Shown piece by piece: positions 1 to 8,209 of a stretch of DNA of 24,000 bases. The stretch is taken from positions 1,601-25,600 of the forward strand of contig CAZHBQ010000019.1 of assembly GCA_964530785.1 (NCBI GenBank). Reading direction: 5' to 3'. This stretch comes from an uncultured Methanobacteriaceae archaeon (GTDB lineage Archaea > Methanobacteriota > Methanobacteria > Methanobacteriales > Methanobacteriaceae). Positions within the stretch are counted from its first letter, which is position 1. Each line of letters begins with the position of its first letter. A program made the position numbers and the translations under genes. The notes below the pieces were generated by a model that saw nothing but the letters and a program-made list of their open reading frames with translations, did not search any database and was not told the DNA's origin.

Positions 1-653
1 TAGCTTCAGCTAAATATGAAGATGTCCCACTTTCTCATATGAGAATATCTACAATTATGACACAAGATGTAATTACAGCATCTCCATCTGATTCAAGACT
101 TAATGTTCTTAAAAAAATGGTTGATAATCATATTGGTGGAATTCCTATTGTTGAAGATAATAAAATTGTCGGTATGATAACTAAAACTGACTTTTTAAGG
201 GGTATTGATGTAGCACCATATAATGAAACTCCTATAAAAGATGTAATGACTAAAAGAGTTATCACTATTGGTTCTGATGAAAGATTAGTTCATGCAAGAA
301 GATTAATGATTGATAATGATATTTCAAGATTAGTAGTTATTAATTCAGGATTAATTATGGGAATAATAACAGGAAAAGATCTTGCAAAAACAATTATTGA
401 CTTTAAAAAACGTGTCCCTGAAAAATATCAACATTCACAGATAAGAAATTTATTTGTACAAGAAGTAATGTCACAAACAATTGAAACTACAACAAAAACT
501 TCTTCAATTTCTGAAGTTGCAAATTTCATGGTTGAAAATGAATTTAGTGGAATGCCTGTTTCTGATGAGAAAAATAAAGTTCAAGGTATAATCACAAAAA
601 CAGATATATTAAAATTTATTTATGATCATGGTAGAAAAAGAGGTAATTACTAA
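1..653 (+). CDS. CBS-domain protein with three tandem CBS motifs visible; probably 5'-truncated by the window edge (only in-window start is ATG 39)
   Basis: ORF track 39..653. Three CBS-like repeats are visible: IMTQDVITASP...GGIPIVEDNKIVGMITKTDFLRGI; VMTKRVITIG...SRLVVINSGLIMGIITGKDL; VMSQTIETTT...SGMPVSDEKNKVQGIITKTDILKFI. The frame stays open from nt 3 to ATG 39 (..ASAKYEDVPLSH-M) and no purine-rich RBS precedes 39. CBS motifs normally occur in pairs, so a fourth probably lies upstream of the window. Confidence 0.7.
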   Translation, partial: ASAKYEDVPLSHMRISTIMTQDVITASPSDSRLNVLKKMVDNHIGGIPIVEDNKIVGMITKTDFLRGIDVAPYNETPIKDVMTKRVITIGSDERLVHARRLMIDNDISRLVVINSGLIMGIITGKDLAKTIIDFKKRVPEKYQHSQIRNLFVQEVMSQTIETTTKTSSISEVANFMVENEFSGMPVSDEKNKVQGIITKTDILKFIYDHGRKRGNY

Positions 654-789
654 TATTTTAGTAAATTCTTAACCTCCCTCTTTTTATAACTATTTTTTTA
701 ATAATTTTATCACAGAATATATCTTAATATTTTTTTTCAAGATTAATAATCAAAGATTTAATTAATTGTTTAATATATATATTTAATTA

Positions 790-1635
790 ATGAATAAAAA
801 TAAACAAGTTGGATACTTAGGTCCAGAAGGAACATTTTCACATGAGGCTGTATTGAAAGTTGTTGATAATGATTCAGACAAAATTAAACCATATCCTACA
901 ATTCTCAACATTTTTGAGGCATTAGAAAATGATGAAATAGAAGAAGCTGTAGTTCCTATTGAAAATTCTACAGAAGGGTCTGTTTCCATTACTCTTGATT
1001 CTCTAACTCATTTTAATCTAAAAATTAAGGGAGAATTAGAATTACCTATTGTACATAATTTATTGGTTCAAAAAGGTAAGAGTATTGATGATATTATGGT
1101 AATTTGCTCTCATCAACAACCAATAGCACAATGTAGACATTATATTAGTAATATTAAAAAACCTGTTCAAACAATGCCAAGTACTGCAAATGCTGCAAGA
1201 TATGTTTCTGAAATATCCACAGCAGCTGTTATTGGAAATAGAATTTTATCTGAAAAGTATGATCTTGAAATCCTTGATGAAAATATTCAGGATTATTCAA
1301 ATAATGTTACAAGATTTATCATTGTATCAAAAGAAGATCAGAAAGAATTAACAGGTCATGATAAAACATCAATTATATTATCATTACATGGTGATAAGCC
1401 TGGAGGTTTATATGAAATTTTACATGAATTTGTAAAAGAAAATATAAATCTTACAAGAATTGAATCAAGACCTTCAAAAAAAGGAATGGGTAAATACTTG
1501 TTTTTTATTGATATGGAAGGACATAGGCTTGATTCTTCTGTGAATAAGGTATTAAAATCAGTTAAGAATAAAGTTAATATGTTTAAAATATTAGGTTCTT
1601 ATAAAACTATAACTGTTGAGGGGGAATTAAAATAG
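790..1635 (+). CDS. pheA: Prephenate dehydratase (PDT domain plus ACT regulatory domain)
   Basis: 281 aa. N-terminal LGPEGTFSHEA, conserved TRF (NVTRFIIVSK) and ESRP (TRIESRPSKK) motifs, and an ACT-like C-terminus, all typical of monofunctional archaeal/bacterial PheA. Confidence 0.9.
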   Translation: MNKNKQVGYLGPEGTFSHEAVLKVVDNDSDKIKPYPTILNIFEALENDEIEEAVVPIENSTEGSVSITLDSLTHFNLKIKGELELPIVHNLLVQKGKSIDDIMVICSHQQPIAQCRHYISNIKKPVQTMPSTANAARYVSEISTAAVIGNRILSEKYDLEILDENIQDYSNNVTRFIIVSKEDQKELTGHDKTSIILSLHGDKPGGLYEILHEFVKENINLTRIESRPSKKGMGKYLFFIDMEGHRLDSSVNKVLKSVKNKVNMFKILGSYKTITVEGELK

Positions 1636-2321
1636 ATAAAGGGGGCTCTCGGCATAGTATAGAGAGGAAGTTAGAAGATTTAGAAAAACAAAGAGATCAG
1701 GGTTTTATAACAGATGATGAATATAATACTTTAAGAATAAGGTATGCGAGAAAATTAGGAAATAAGGAAGCTGTTTCTAAACTTCAAGAATCAAGAGGTT
1801 TTACATCAACAAGTATTTCTGATAAAAAAGCTAAAAAAGAAGAGTTATATGATGATTTTGTTGATAAATATACAGCTATAGAATCAAAAGATATTTCTCC
1901 AAAATCTCATATTTTTAGTAAAAAAACAAAACGATCATTAATATTATTGTTTGTTATATTTGCATTTGCAATAGGACTTGTTGCAGGTGTATCAACATTA
2001 CATACAGTAGAGAGTGAATCTCAAGTAAATATTACTGTTGGTGATTCAGCATTTAGTCCTGATGTTGTAATTACTAATGCTACAAATGCATCTGATAACA
2101 GTACTCAAAATGTATCAACACAAACTACTAAGAAATCAACAACAACTTCGACTACTACTAAAAGTTCTAGTTCTTCAAGTAAGAAATCTTCTTCAAGTAG
2201 TTCTAGTTCAGGTAGTTCAAGTTCTAGTTCAAGCAGTTCTGGCTCTGGAAGTTCTAGTTCAAGTAGTTCTAGTTCTAGTAGTGGTTCTAGCTCAAGTAGT
2301 TCAAGTTCTAGTAGTAATTAA
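1620..2321 (+). CDS. Single-pass membrane protein: SHOCT-like cytoplasmic N-terminus, one TM helix, Thr/Ser-rich tail; true start unresolved (coordinates are the open frame, only canonical start is TTG 1947)
   Basis: An in-frame TGA lies at 1617-1619 and the frame is then open to TAA 2319-2321. The track ORF 1947..2321 begins at TTG inside the TM helix (FVIFAFAIGLVAGV). The 109 codons upstream are stop-free despite about 28% GC. They encode RKLEDLEKQRDQGFITDDEYNTLRIRYARKL (SHOCT-like) and a basic KKTKR just before the TM. AAAGGGGG at 1638-1645 looks like an RBS. There is no in-frame ATG/GTG/TTG between 1620 and 1946; ATA at 1659 is the best near-cognate candidate. Confidence 0.5.
   Translation, partial: GGIKIDKGGSRHSIERKLEDLEKQRDQGFITDDEYNTLRIRYARKLGNKEAVSKLQESRGFTSTSISDKKAKKEELYDDFVDKYTAIESKDISPKSHIFSKKTKRSLILLFVIFAFAIGLVAGVSTLHTVESESQVNITVGDSAFSPDVVITNATNASDNSTQNVSTQTTKKSTTTSTTTKSSSSSSKKSSSSSSSSGSSSSSSSSSGSGSSSSSSSSSSSGSSSSSSSSSSN
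2163..2318 (+). repeat. Degenerate AGT/TCT/AGC/TCA codon repeat encoding a C-terminal poly-Ser (Gly/Lys-interrupted) tract
   Basis: The DNA reads agttctagttca(a)gtagt... repeatedly. The translation is SSSSSKKSSSSSSSSGSSSSSSSSSGSGSSSSSSSSSSSGSSSSSSSSSSN. The repeat also creates the spurious alternate-frame ORF 2077..2328. Confidence 0.85.
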
Positions 2322-2357
2322 AGTTTAATCTAAAATTCAACAAGTAGGAGTAATAAT

Positions 2358-2960
2358 ATGAAAAAAGGTAAGTTATTATTAACAATAATAGTAGCAATAG
2401 TTGTTGTAGCAGTAGTAGCCTTATTTTCTGTTGGTATTTATGATTCTTTAACAACTTCTGGTGAAACTTATGAAGCTAATGGTATAACATTCCAATATCC
2501 AAGTTCATGGGTTCCAGCAAATAGTGTTGCAGATGGTAGTATTGCTGCTGTAGCTGATCCTGAGGATCAAAGGACATCTGTTGTAGTCCAACAAGTACCA
2601 TCAGAATATGGTTCTGATATACAAAATGCTTGTGCTTTTAATGATCAATATTTGTCATCATCTAGTAATTATATTAATATTCAAGAGGTAAACAGTAGTA
2701 TTCATAATAATTCTGTTGTTATGCATAGATATATTATCAATGAAGATGATGGATCACAAAAAGAACATGTGGCAACTTGGATAAAAATGAATGATAGTAA
2801 GATATATGTTATATTATTATCAACACCTATTGAATCATATGAACAAGTAAGATCAGGATATGATTTAATTGCTGGTACATTTGCTTTAATAAAAGATAAA
2901 GAAGCTAATTCACCACTTGATTCATTAGAAAATGCGGTTTCAAAATTTTTAAATAATTAA
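2358..2960 (+). CDS. Hypothetical membrane-anchored (N-terminal TM/signal anchor) extracytoplasmic protein
   Basis: ATG is preceded by AGGAG (2346-2350). N-terminus MKKGKLLLTIIVAIVVVAVVALFSVGI is a basic-then-hydrophobic anchor, followed by a soluble domain of about 170 aa with no motif I can assign. Confidence 0.6.
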   Translation: MKKGKLLLTIIVAIVVVAVVALFSVGIYDSLTTSGETYEANGITFQYPSSWVPANSVADGSIAAVADPEDQRTSVVVQQVPSEYGSDIQNACAFNDQYLSSSSNYINIQEVNSSIHNNSVVMHRYIINEDDGSQKEHVATWIKMNDSKIYVILLSTPIESYEQVRSGYDLIAGTFALIKDKEANSPLDSLENAVSKFLNN

Positions 2961-2976
2961 TTAGAGGAATTAAAAT

Positions 2977-4131
2977 ATGAAAATTATTCTTTGTGTTACA
3001 GGAAGTATAGCAGCTACTGAAGACTTAAAATTAGTTCATGAATTACAAAGGCATGGATTTGATGTTGAATGTTTCATGACTCCAGCAGCTACTGAGATAA
3101 TAACTCCATTATCTATGGAATTTGCAACAAAACATCCTGTTGTAACAAAAATTACAGGTTATGTGGAACATGTAACAAATGCTCAAGCTGATTTAATTCT
3201 TGTAGCACCTGCAACAGCAAATACTATTAGTAAATTTGCAAATAAAATTGCAGATACTCCAGTTACAACTTTACTTTTAACAGCAAGTGGTTATAAAACA
3301 CCTGTTTTATTTGTTCCATCTATGCATATTTCTATGTATGATGCAATAAGTGAAAATATTGATAAAATTAAGAAAAATCATCCTGAAGTAGAATTTATTG
3401 AACCTATTAATGAAGAAAGAAAAGCTAAGTTTCCAAGTAAACATGAGATTGTTCTTGAAGTTGAAAGAATCCTATCAGATCATAAATTAAAAGGGATGAA
3501 TGTTTTAGTAGCTACTGGTGCAACTTATGAGTCTATTGATGCAATGCGTGGAGTAACAAATAGAAGTTCTGGAAAAATGGGTGTTGAAATAGCAAAAGAG
3601 GCTTATCGTCAAGGAGCTAATGTAACACTCTTATGTGGACATATGCATACTCATGTTCCTAAGTGTATTAATAGGGTTGATGTTGAGTCAACTAGTGAAA
3701 TGATGAATTATATTAAGAATAATCTTTTAGAAACTGATATATATGTTTCAGCAGCAGCAATTTCTGATTTTGAAATTGATAAAGTTTGTGAAGAGAAATT
3801 ATCTTCAGATGAGGATATTACAGTTAAATTTACTAGATTACCAAAAATCTTAGAACAAATTAAACAAATTAATCCATCTACTTATGTTGTAGGTTTTAAA
3901 GCAGAAGCTGGTTTATCTGAAGAAGATTTAATTAAAAAAGCTAAAAATAGGATGGAAAAATATAAAACTGATCTAATGATTGCTAATGATATTTTAGTTG
4001 AAGATGGTGGTCCTGGTTCTGAGAATAATGAAGTGTATATTATTGATGATAAAGGATATGAAAAAATAGATCTTAATACTAAAGAATTTATTGCTAAGAA
4101 GATTATTGATAAAGTATATGATTCAATATAA
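2977..4131 (+). CDS. coaBC: Bifunctional phosphopantothenoylcysteine decarboxylase / phosphopantothenate-cysteine ligase (CoA biosynthesis)
   Basis: 384 aa. Flavoprotein N-domain (KIILCVTGSIAA, APATANTISKFANKIADT) and ligase C-domain (GKMG, SAAAISDF, MIANDI). RBS GAGGAA lies upstream. Confidence 0.9.
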   Translation: MKIILCVTGSIAATEDLKLVHELQRHGFDVECFMTPAATEIITPLSMEFATKHPVVTKITGYVEHVTNAQADLILVAPATANTISKFANKIADTPVTTLLLTASGYKTPVLFVPSMHISMYDAISENIDKIKKNHPEVEFIEPINEERKAKFPSKHEIVLEVERILSDHKLKGMNVLVATGATYESIDAMRGVTNRSSGKMGVEIAKEAYRQGANVTLLCGHMHTHVPKCINRVDVESTSEMMNYIKNNLLETDIYVSAAAISDFEIDKVCEEKLSSDEDITVKFTRLPKILEQIKQINPSTYVVGFKAEAGLSEEDLIKKAKNRMEKYKTDLMIANDILVEDGGPGSENNEVYIIDDKGYEKIDLNTKEFIAKKIIDKVYDSI

Positions 4132-4161
4132 TCTTTTTTCTTTTTTTACTTCTTTTTTATT

Positions 4162-4194
4162 ATAACTTATTAAGTTTTAACTTATAAGTTAAAA
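4162..4194. terminator. Two adjacent palindromes (AACTTA-T-TAAGTT and a perfect 20-bp TTTTAACTTATAAGTTAAAA) in the convergent coaBC/flpA spacer; possible bidirectional terminator hairpins
   Basis: Palindromes read directly at 4164-4176 and 4175-4194. They are flanked by T-runs on the left (4133-4160) and A-runs on the right (4238-4262), which gives oligo-T for both converging transcripts. Confidence 0.4.
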
Positions 4195-4290
4195 CTTTTA
4201 ACTATACTTTTTTTCATGTATTTTTTTTAATATATCTAAAAAATAAAAAAATAAAAAATAAATTAATATTTTGATTGTTAAAGTATATTT

Positions 4291-4956
4291 CTAAAATGAT
4301 TTTTTACAAATATATGCAATATGATCTTTCTCATATGGATCAAGTTTTATTTCTTCTAAAACTTTAAGTCCACCTTGTTCTAAATGTCTTTTCTCTTGTT
4401 TAAAAATATCATTTGGATTCATAGTCACATCAATACTTCTTGCTTTAATCATTAATATTCCAATTGTATCTTCCTTTGCAAAAAGTTTAAAATTATCTAA
4501 AAACAATTTCGTCTGTTGACTCTGAGCAACATCACTATATATAATATCAACTGACTCAACAAGATGTTGATAATTTAAGGGATGTGTAGCATCCTCAAGA
4601 AGAGCAAGTAAATTTTCCCTATTTTTAGAAACTTCAAGAAATTCACGCATCATAGTAGCTGAAAATTCAACAGAATATATTCTACCATCAGTACATATAT
4701 CTGAAATATGTGAGGGAGTTGTTCCAGCAGAAGCTCCAAGGTATAATACTTTTGAATCCTTTTTAAATGGAAATATAGTAAGACCTTTCATAATAGCAGC
4801 AGCAAGTTTTGATCTTCTAGGGTTCCATAATCTAAACTCTTTATCCTCATATTGGATAAGTTTTTCCTGATATACTTGTTTACCAGGATTCATATTTACT
4901 GTTGCAATTTGATTATCTAACTGATATACATTTTCACCAATTTTATTTATTTGCAT
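4291..4956 (-). CDS. flpA: Fibrillarin-like rRNA/tRNA 2'-O-methyltransferase
   Basis: FRLWNPRRSKLAAAI and the SAM-binding VLYLGASAGTTPSHISDI are classic fibrillarin motifs. The track starts at TTG 4965, but AGGAG abuts that codon. ATG at 4954-4956 sits 9 nt from the RBS and gives MQINKIGENVYQL, so I prefer it. Confidence 0.93.
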   Translation of the reverse strand: MQINKIGENVYQLDNQIATVNMNPGKQVYQEKLIQYEDKEFRLWNPRRSKLAAAIMKGLTIFPFKKDSKVLYLGASAGTTPSHISDICTDGRIYSVEFSATMMREFLEVSKNRENLLALLEDATHPLNYQHLVESVDIIYSDVAQSQQTKLFLDNFKLFAKEDTIGILMIKARSIDVTMNPNDIFKQEKRHLEQGGLKVLEEIKLDPYEKDHIAYICKKSF

Positions 4957-4968
4957 TAAATTCAACTC

Positions 4969-6210
4969 CTAGTAATTATAATCTTCTTTACGTAATTTTC
5001 TTTTGTTACGTTTCTTTTTTTTGCCATGTTCTTTTCGTTTTCTTTTATCTTTTTTATTTTTCTTTTTATTTTTATCCTTATTATTTTCTTTTTTACCTTT
5101 TCTTGAAGGGAAAGGATTATCTTTTTTTATCTTTTCAATCTTCTCATCAAGTTGAATTTTAAGATTAGGATCATATTCATTACTAAAAGCATCTTTTCTT
5201 GCAGCAATACTTATTTTTCCAGCAACAGCTCTAGCAAGTTTTCCACGAACCCACCAATTTGATCCCCTAATACTTGGATGTTGGAATATCAAACCATGTT
5301 TTGGAGGATTTTCCCCAGTTTTTAGGTGTCTAAATGTAGCTTTTTCAGCTCCAATAATTTGAACAGTACTTGAAGGAAGTTTTGCAAGAGCCTCAAGACC
5401 ATTAACGTGAGCAATAAGTTTTGCACTTAAATTAGCACCAGCAACATCGTATAAGTTTGGTGCAACTTCTTTTATTTTCTCTTGGATATATTTTTCAAGA
5501 TTATTTTTTGTTTGATACAATTGATTAAGAGATATTGCAAAATCTTTAATAATATCAAGATCATAAGAAGTTATTTCAACATCATACTCTTCTGAAAGTT
5601 CAATATTTGTGTTTTCAAGTAAAGAACTATTTTTTATATTTTCACGACTAGTCTCAGTAGCAATAATTCTAGCATATAATTCATGGTTATGCAACTTATC
5701 AAGTTCAGGAACATAAGGCATACACCATTCACGAAGACGTTCAATTAATTTTCCAGTAGTTTCTTCAATCTCTTCAAGTGAATTTATAGTCTCTACAATC
5801 ATTACATCATTTGTCTTTACAGATTCTCTAATTTTATCTTTAGCAACTTCATTAAATGTATTATTTAATTTTAAAGATAAATTCATATCTTCAACTTCAG
5901 AAAAACTATGTATGATCTCATCAAGATTTTCTCTGACATATTTACCATTATCAGTTGTTTTTTCAAAAATTAATTTATTATAAAAATCTAAATTAGAATA
6001 ATTATTAGGATTATTAGTCTCTAGAACAATTTCATCATATTTATTATCAACTTCTTCAATAAGTTTTACCTGTTCTGGTAATATTTCTTTTTTTGTGATT
6101 TGTTCTAGTTTTTCAGTATAATTATCTTCAAATAATTGATAATTAATTATATTATTATCCTGATCTGTAGCTATAAATCCAAAGCTTGTTGTTATAATAT
6201 AGCATCTCAT
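4969..6210 (-). CDS. nop5: Nop5 (Nop56/58 homologue), box C/D sRNP core protein, with a Lys-rich C-terminal tail
   Basis: 413 aa. Nop domain (GAEKATFRHLKTGENPPKHGLIFQHPSIRGSNWWVRGKLARAVAGKISIAARKDAF). Its stop codon lies 12 nt upstream of the preferred flpA ATG (4956), matching the conserved nop5-flpA operon arrangement. Confidence 0.9.
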   Translation of the reverse strand: MRCYIITTSFGFIATDQDNNIINYQLFEDNYTEKLEQITKKEILPEQVKLIEEVDNKYDEIVLETNNPNNYSNLDFYNKLIFEKTTDNGKYVRENLDEIIHSFSEVEDMNLSLKLNNTFNEVAKDKIRESVKTNDVMIVETINSLEEIEETTGKLIERLREWCMPYVPELDKLHNHELYARIIATETSRENIKNSSLLENTNIELSEEYDVEITSYDLDIIKDFAISLNQLYQTKNNLEKYIQEKIKEVAPNLYDVAGANLSAKLIAHVNGLEALAKLPSSTVQIIGAEKATFRHLKTGENPPKHGLIFQHPSIRGSNWWVRGKLARAVAGKISIAARKDAFSNEYDPNLKIQLDEKIEKIKKDNPFPSRKGKKENNKDKNKKKNKKDKRKRKEHGKKKKRNKRKLRKEDYNY

Positions 6211-6359
6211 AATAATATTTTAATTTTTTATATTTATTAATGTTCAGAATATGTATTCTTTTTTTTTAATTTATAAACATGTAAATACAAAAATAGAATT
6301 AATAAGATAAAATTATTAAATTACAATTATTTAAAAATTAAATTTATTGGGGAATAATT

Positions 6360-7277
6360 ATGTTAGAGAATGAAATTCTAGGAATGAAAGTATCTAATCC
6401 ATTATTTTTAGCAGCAGGAATTCTTGGAACAACAGCAAGTTCAATGAAAATGGTTGCAAATGCAGGTGCAGGTGGAATAGTTACAAAATCATTTTCAATA
6501 GAACCTAATGATGGTTATGAAAATCCAACAATTGTAAAAATTGAAGGTGGAGTAATAAATTCTGTAGGACTTGCAAGTCCAGGGGTTGAGGCAAAAAAAG
6601 AAGAATTAAAAGAATTAGATGAAATTAGAGGTAAAACACCAGTAATTGCATCAATATATGGTGATAGTGAAGATGTATTTGTGGATGTTGCAGAAAGAAC
6701 AAAAGATTATGTTGATGCTTTTGAATTAAATGTTTCATGTCCTCATGCAAAGTGTGGTTTTGGATCTAATATTGGGGAGAATCCTGATTTAACACACAAA
6801 ATTGTAAGTAAAGTAAAAGATTCAATAAAAGACACGCCAATAATTGTAAAATTAACACCAAATGTAACAGATATTACAGAAATAGCAAAATCAGCAGAGG
6901 ATGCTGGTGCTGATGCTTTAACACTAATAAATAGTCTAGGTCCAGGACTTAGAATAGATCATAAAACAGCAAAACCAATATTAAATAATGTATTTGGTGG
7001 TATAGCAGGACCCATGATAAAACCAATAGCACTAAAATGTGTATATAAAACATATGAAACAGTAGATATTCCATTATTTGGAGTAGGTGGAATAAAAGAT
7101 TATAAAGATGTACTTGAATTTTTATATGCAGGAGCAAGTTTACTACAAATTGGAACAGCAATAATGTATGATGGATCTGAAATATTTAAAAATATAAGTG
7201 ATGATCTTTCAAAATTCTTAGAAGAAAATGGATATAAAAATATAAAAGAGATTATTGGATTATCTCATAGAATCTAA
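6360..7277 (+). CDS. pyrD: Dihydroorotate dehydrogenase, catalytic subunit (class 1B type)
   Basis: 305 aa. NPLFLAAG, GGIVTKS, ELNVSCPH (catalytic Cys), GGIAGPMIKPIALK, and GVGGI near the C-terminus. It is followed directly by pyrK. Confidence 0.9.
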   Translation: MLENEILGMKVSNPLFLAAGILGTTASSMKMVANAGAGGIVTKSFSIEPNDGYENPTIVKIEGGVINSVGLASPGVEAKKEELKELDEIRGKTPVIASIYGDSEDVFVDVAERTKDYVDAFELNVSCPHAKCGFGSNIGENPDLTHKIVSKVKDSIKDTPIIVKLTPNVTDITEIAKSAEDAGADALTLINSLGPGLRIDHKTAKPILNNVFGGIAGPMIKPIALKCVYKTYETVDIPLFGVGGIKDYKDVLEFLYAGASLLQIGTAIMYDGSEIFKNISDDLSKFLEENGYKNIKEIIGLSHRI

Positions 7278-7293
7278 AAAAGGGGACAATTTT

Positions 7294-8106
7294 ATGTTAG
7301 AAAATGTTTATGATGATGAAGTTCCAAATGTTGTAGAAATAAAAGAAACAATAATTGAAACACCAACTGTTAAAACCTTTGTATTTCCATGGAATATAAC
7401 TGAAGATATTCATCCTGGACAATTTGTAATGGTATGGGATTTAAAAACAGAAAAACCTATGACAATTTCAATAATTGATAGAGAAAATAATCTTATGGGA
7501 ATAACTGTTCGAAAAGCTGGACCATTTACAACTAATTTATATGATAATGTAAATAAAGGTGATCTTATAGGTATCAGAGGACCATATGGTCATGGATATG
7601 AATTAAATAGTTATAAAAAAGTATTAGCTGTTGGTGGAGGATCTGGAATAGCATCACTTGCACCATTAACATCATTTTATGATAATGTAGAATTAATATC
7701 AGCAGCAAGTACAAAAGAAGAACTTGTATTTGTAGATAGATTTGAAAATAAAGATATAAAAGTTCATGAATGTACAGATGATGGAACAAAAGGATATAAA
7801 GGATTTAGTACACAACTTGCAGAAGAACTTCTTCAAACTGGGGAGTATGATATAATTGTAGGTTGTGGTCCTGAGGTAATGTCTTATAAATTATATGAAT
7901 TAAGTCAGAAGTATAATATTGACTGTCAATTAGCACTAGATAGATACATGAAATGTGGAATAGGAATTTGTGGACAATGTTGTATGGATGATACAGGATT
8001 ACGTGTATGTGTTGAAGGACCTGTATTTGATAAAGAACAATTATCTAAATTAACAGAATTTGGAAAATACAGACGTGATGCATCAGGAAGTATAGTTGAA
8101 TATTAA
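7294..8106 (+). CDS. pyrK: Dihydroorotate dehydrogenase electron-transfer subunit (FAD / 2Fe-2S)
   Basis: C-terminal Cys cluster CGIGICGQCC...C and a ferredoxin-reductase-like fold (GPYGHGY, AVGGGSGIA). The track start TTG 7255 overlaps pyrD. ATG 7294 is preceded by AAAAAGGGGA (7276-7285) right after the pyrD stop, so I prefer 7294. Confidence 0.85.
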   Translation: MLENVYDDEVPNVVEIKETIIETPTVKTFVFPWNITEDIHPGQFVMVWDLKTEKPMTISIIDRENNLMGITVRKAGPFTTNLYDNVNKGDLIGIRGPYGHGYELNSYKKVLAVGGGSGIASLAPLTSFYDNVELISAASTKEELVFVDRFENKDIKVHECTDDGTKGYKGFSTQLAEELLQTGEYDIIVGCGPEVMSYKLYELSQKYNIDCQLALDRYMKCGIGICGQCCMDDTGLRVCVEGPVFDKEQLSKLTEFGKYRRDASGSIVEY

Positions 8107-8140
8107 ATTATTCAAACAACTTTCCTTTTTTTATAATAAC

Positions 8141-8156
8141 ATAACTTATAAGTTAT
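8141..8156. terminator. Perfect 16-bp palindrome ATAACTTATAAGTTAT in the convergent pyrK/hjc spacer
   Basis: Read directly. It shares the 14-mer TAACTTATAAGTTA with the 4178-4191 palindrome. A T-run lies at 8125-8132 and an A-run at 8180-8187. Confidence 0.4.
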
Positions 8157-8209
8157 TAGTTATAATTCATTTATCTAAAAAAAATATTCTTAAGTTAGTT
8201 GAGTATATA

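Noticed and set aside
783-989. 68-aa minus-strand ORF overlapping the 5' end of pheA
   Set aside because: It is antisense to a well-supported conserved gene, has no RBS and no recognisable motif. It is a typical shadow ORF.
1618-1640. Possible -1 frameshift or read-through joining pheA to the start-less SHOCT-like frame
   Set aside because: The pheA terminal sequence (GAA TTA AAA TAG) is not a proper X XXY YYZ slippery heptamer. A PheA-SHOCT-membrane fusion makes no biological sense, and pheA ends at a normal position after its ACT domain.
2077-2328. 83-aa alternate-frame ORF (Leu/Val/Gln-rich) over the serine repeat
   Set aside because: It is an artefact of the codon-repeat DNA, which is stop-free in more than one frame. 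The Ser frame is contiguous with the TM-containing protein.
4902-5162. 86-aa plus-strand ORF (Phe/Tyr/Leu-rich)
   Set aside because: It is antisense to the Lys-rich tail of nop5 and the start of flpA, a composition-driven shadow of AAA/AAG codons.
6246-6259. Palindrome AGAATA-TG-TATTCT followed by T9 in the divergent nop5/pyrD promoter region
   Set aside because: It is short and AT-rich, and such palindromes are expected by chance in this composition. No gene upstream could use it as a terminator.
7255-7293. TTG-initiated 13-codon N-terminal extension of pyrK overlapping pyrD
   Set aside because: ATG 7294 has a proper RBS just after the pyrD stop. The extension (MDYLIESKKGDNF) is simply the pyrD 3' end read in another frame.
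6949-7789. Two minus-strand ORFs of about 70 aa (6949..7161, 7574..7789) inside pyrD and pyrK
   Set aside because: They are antisense to conserved genes, with low-complexity Leu/Ile/His-rich translations.
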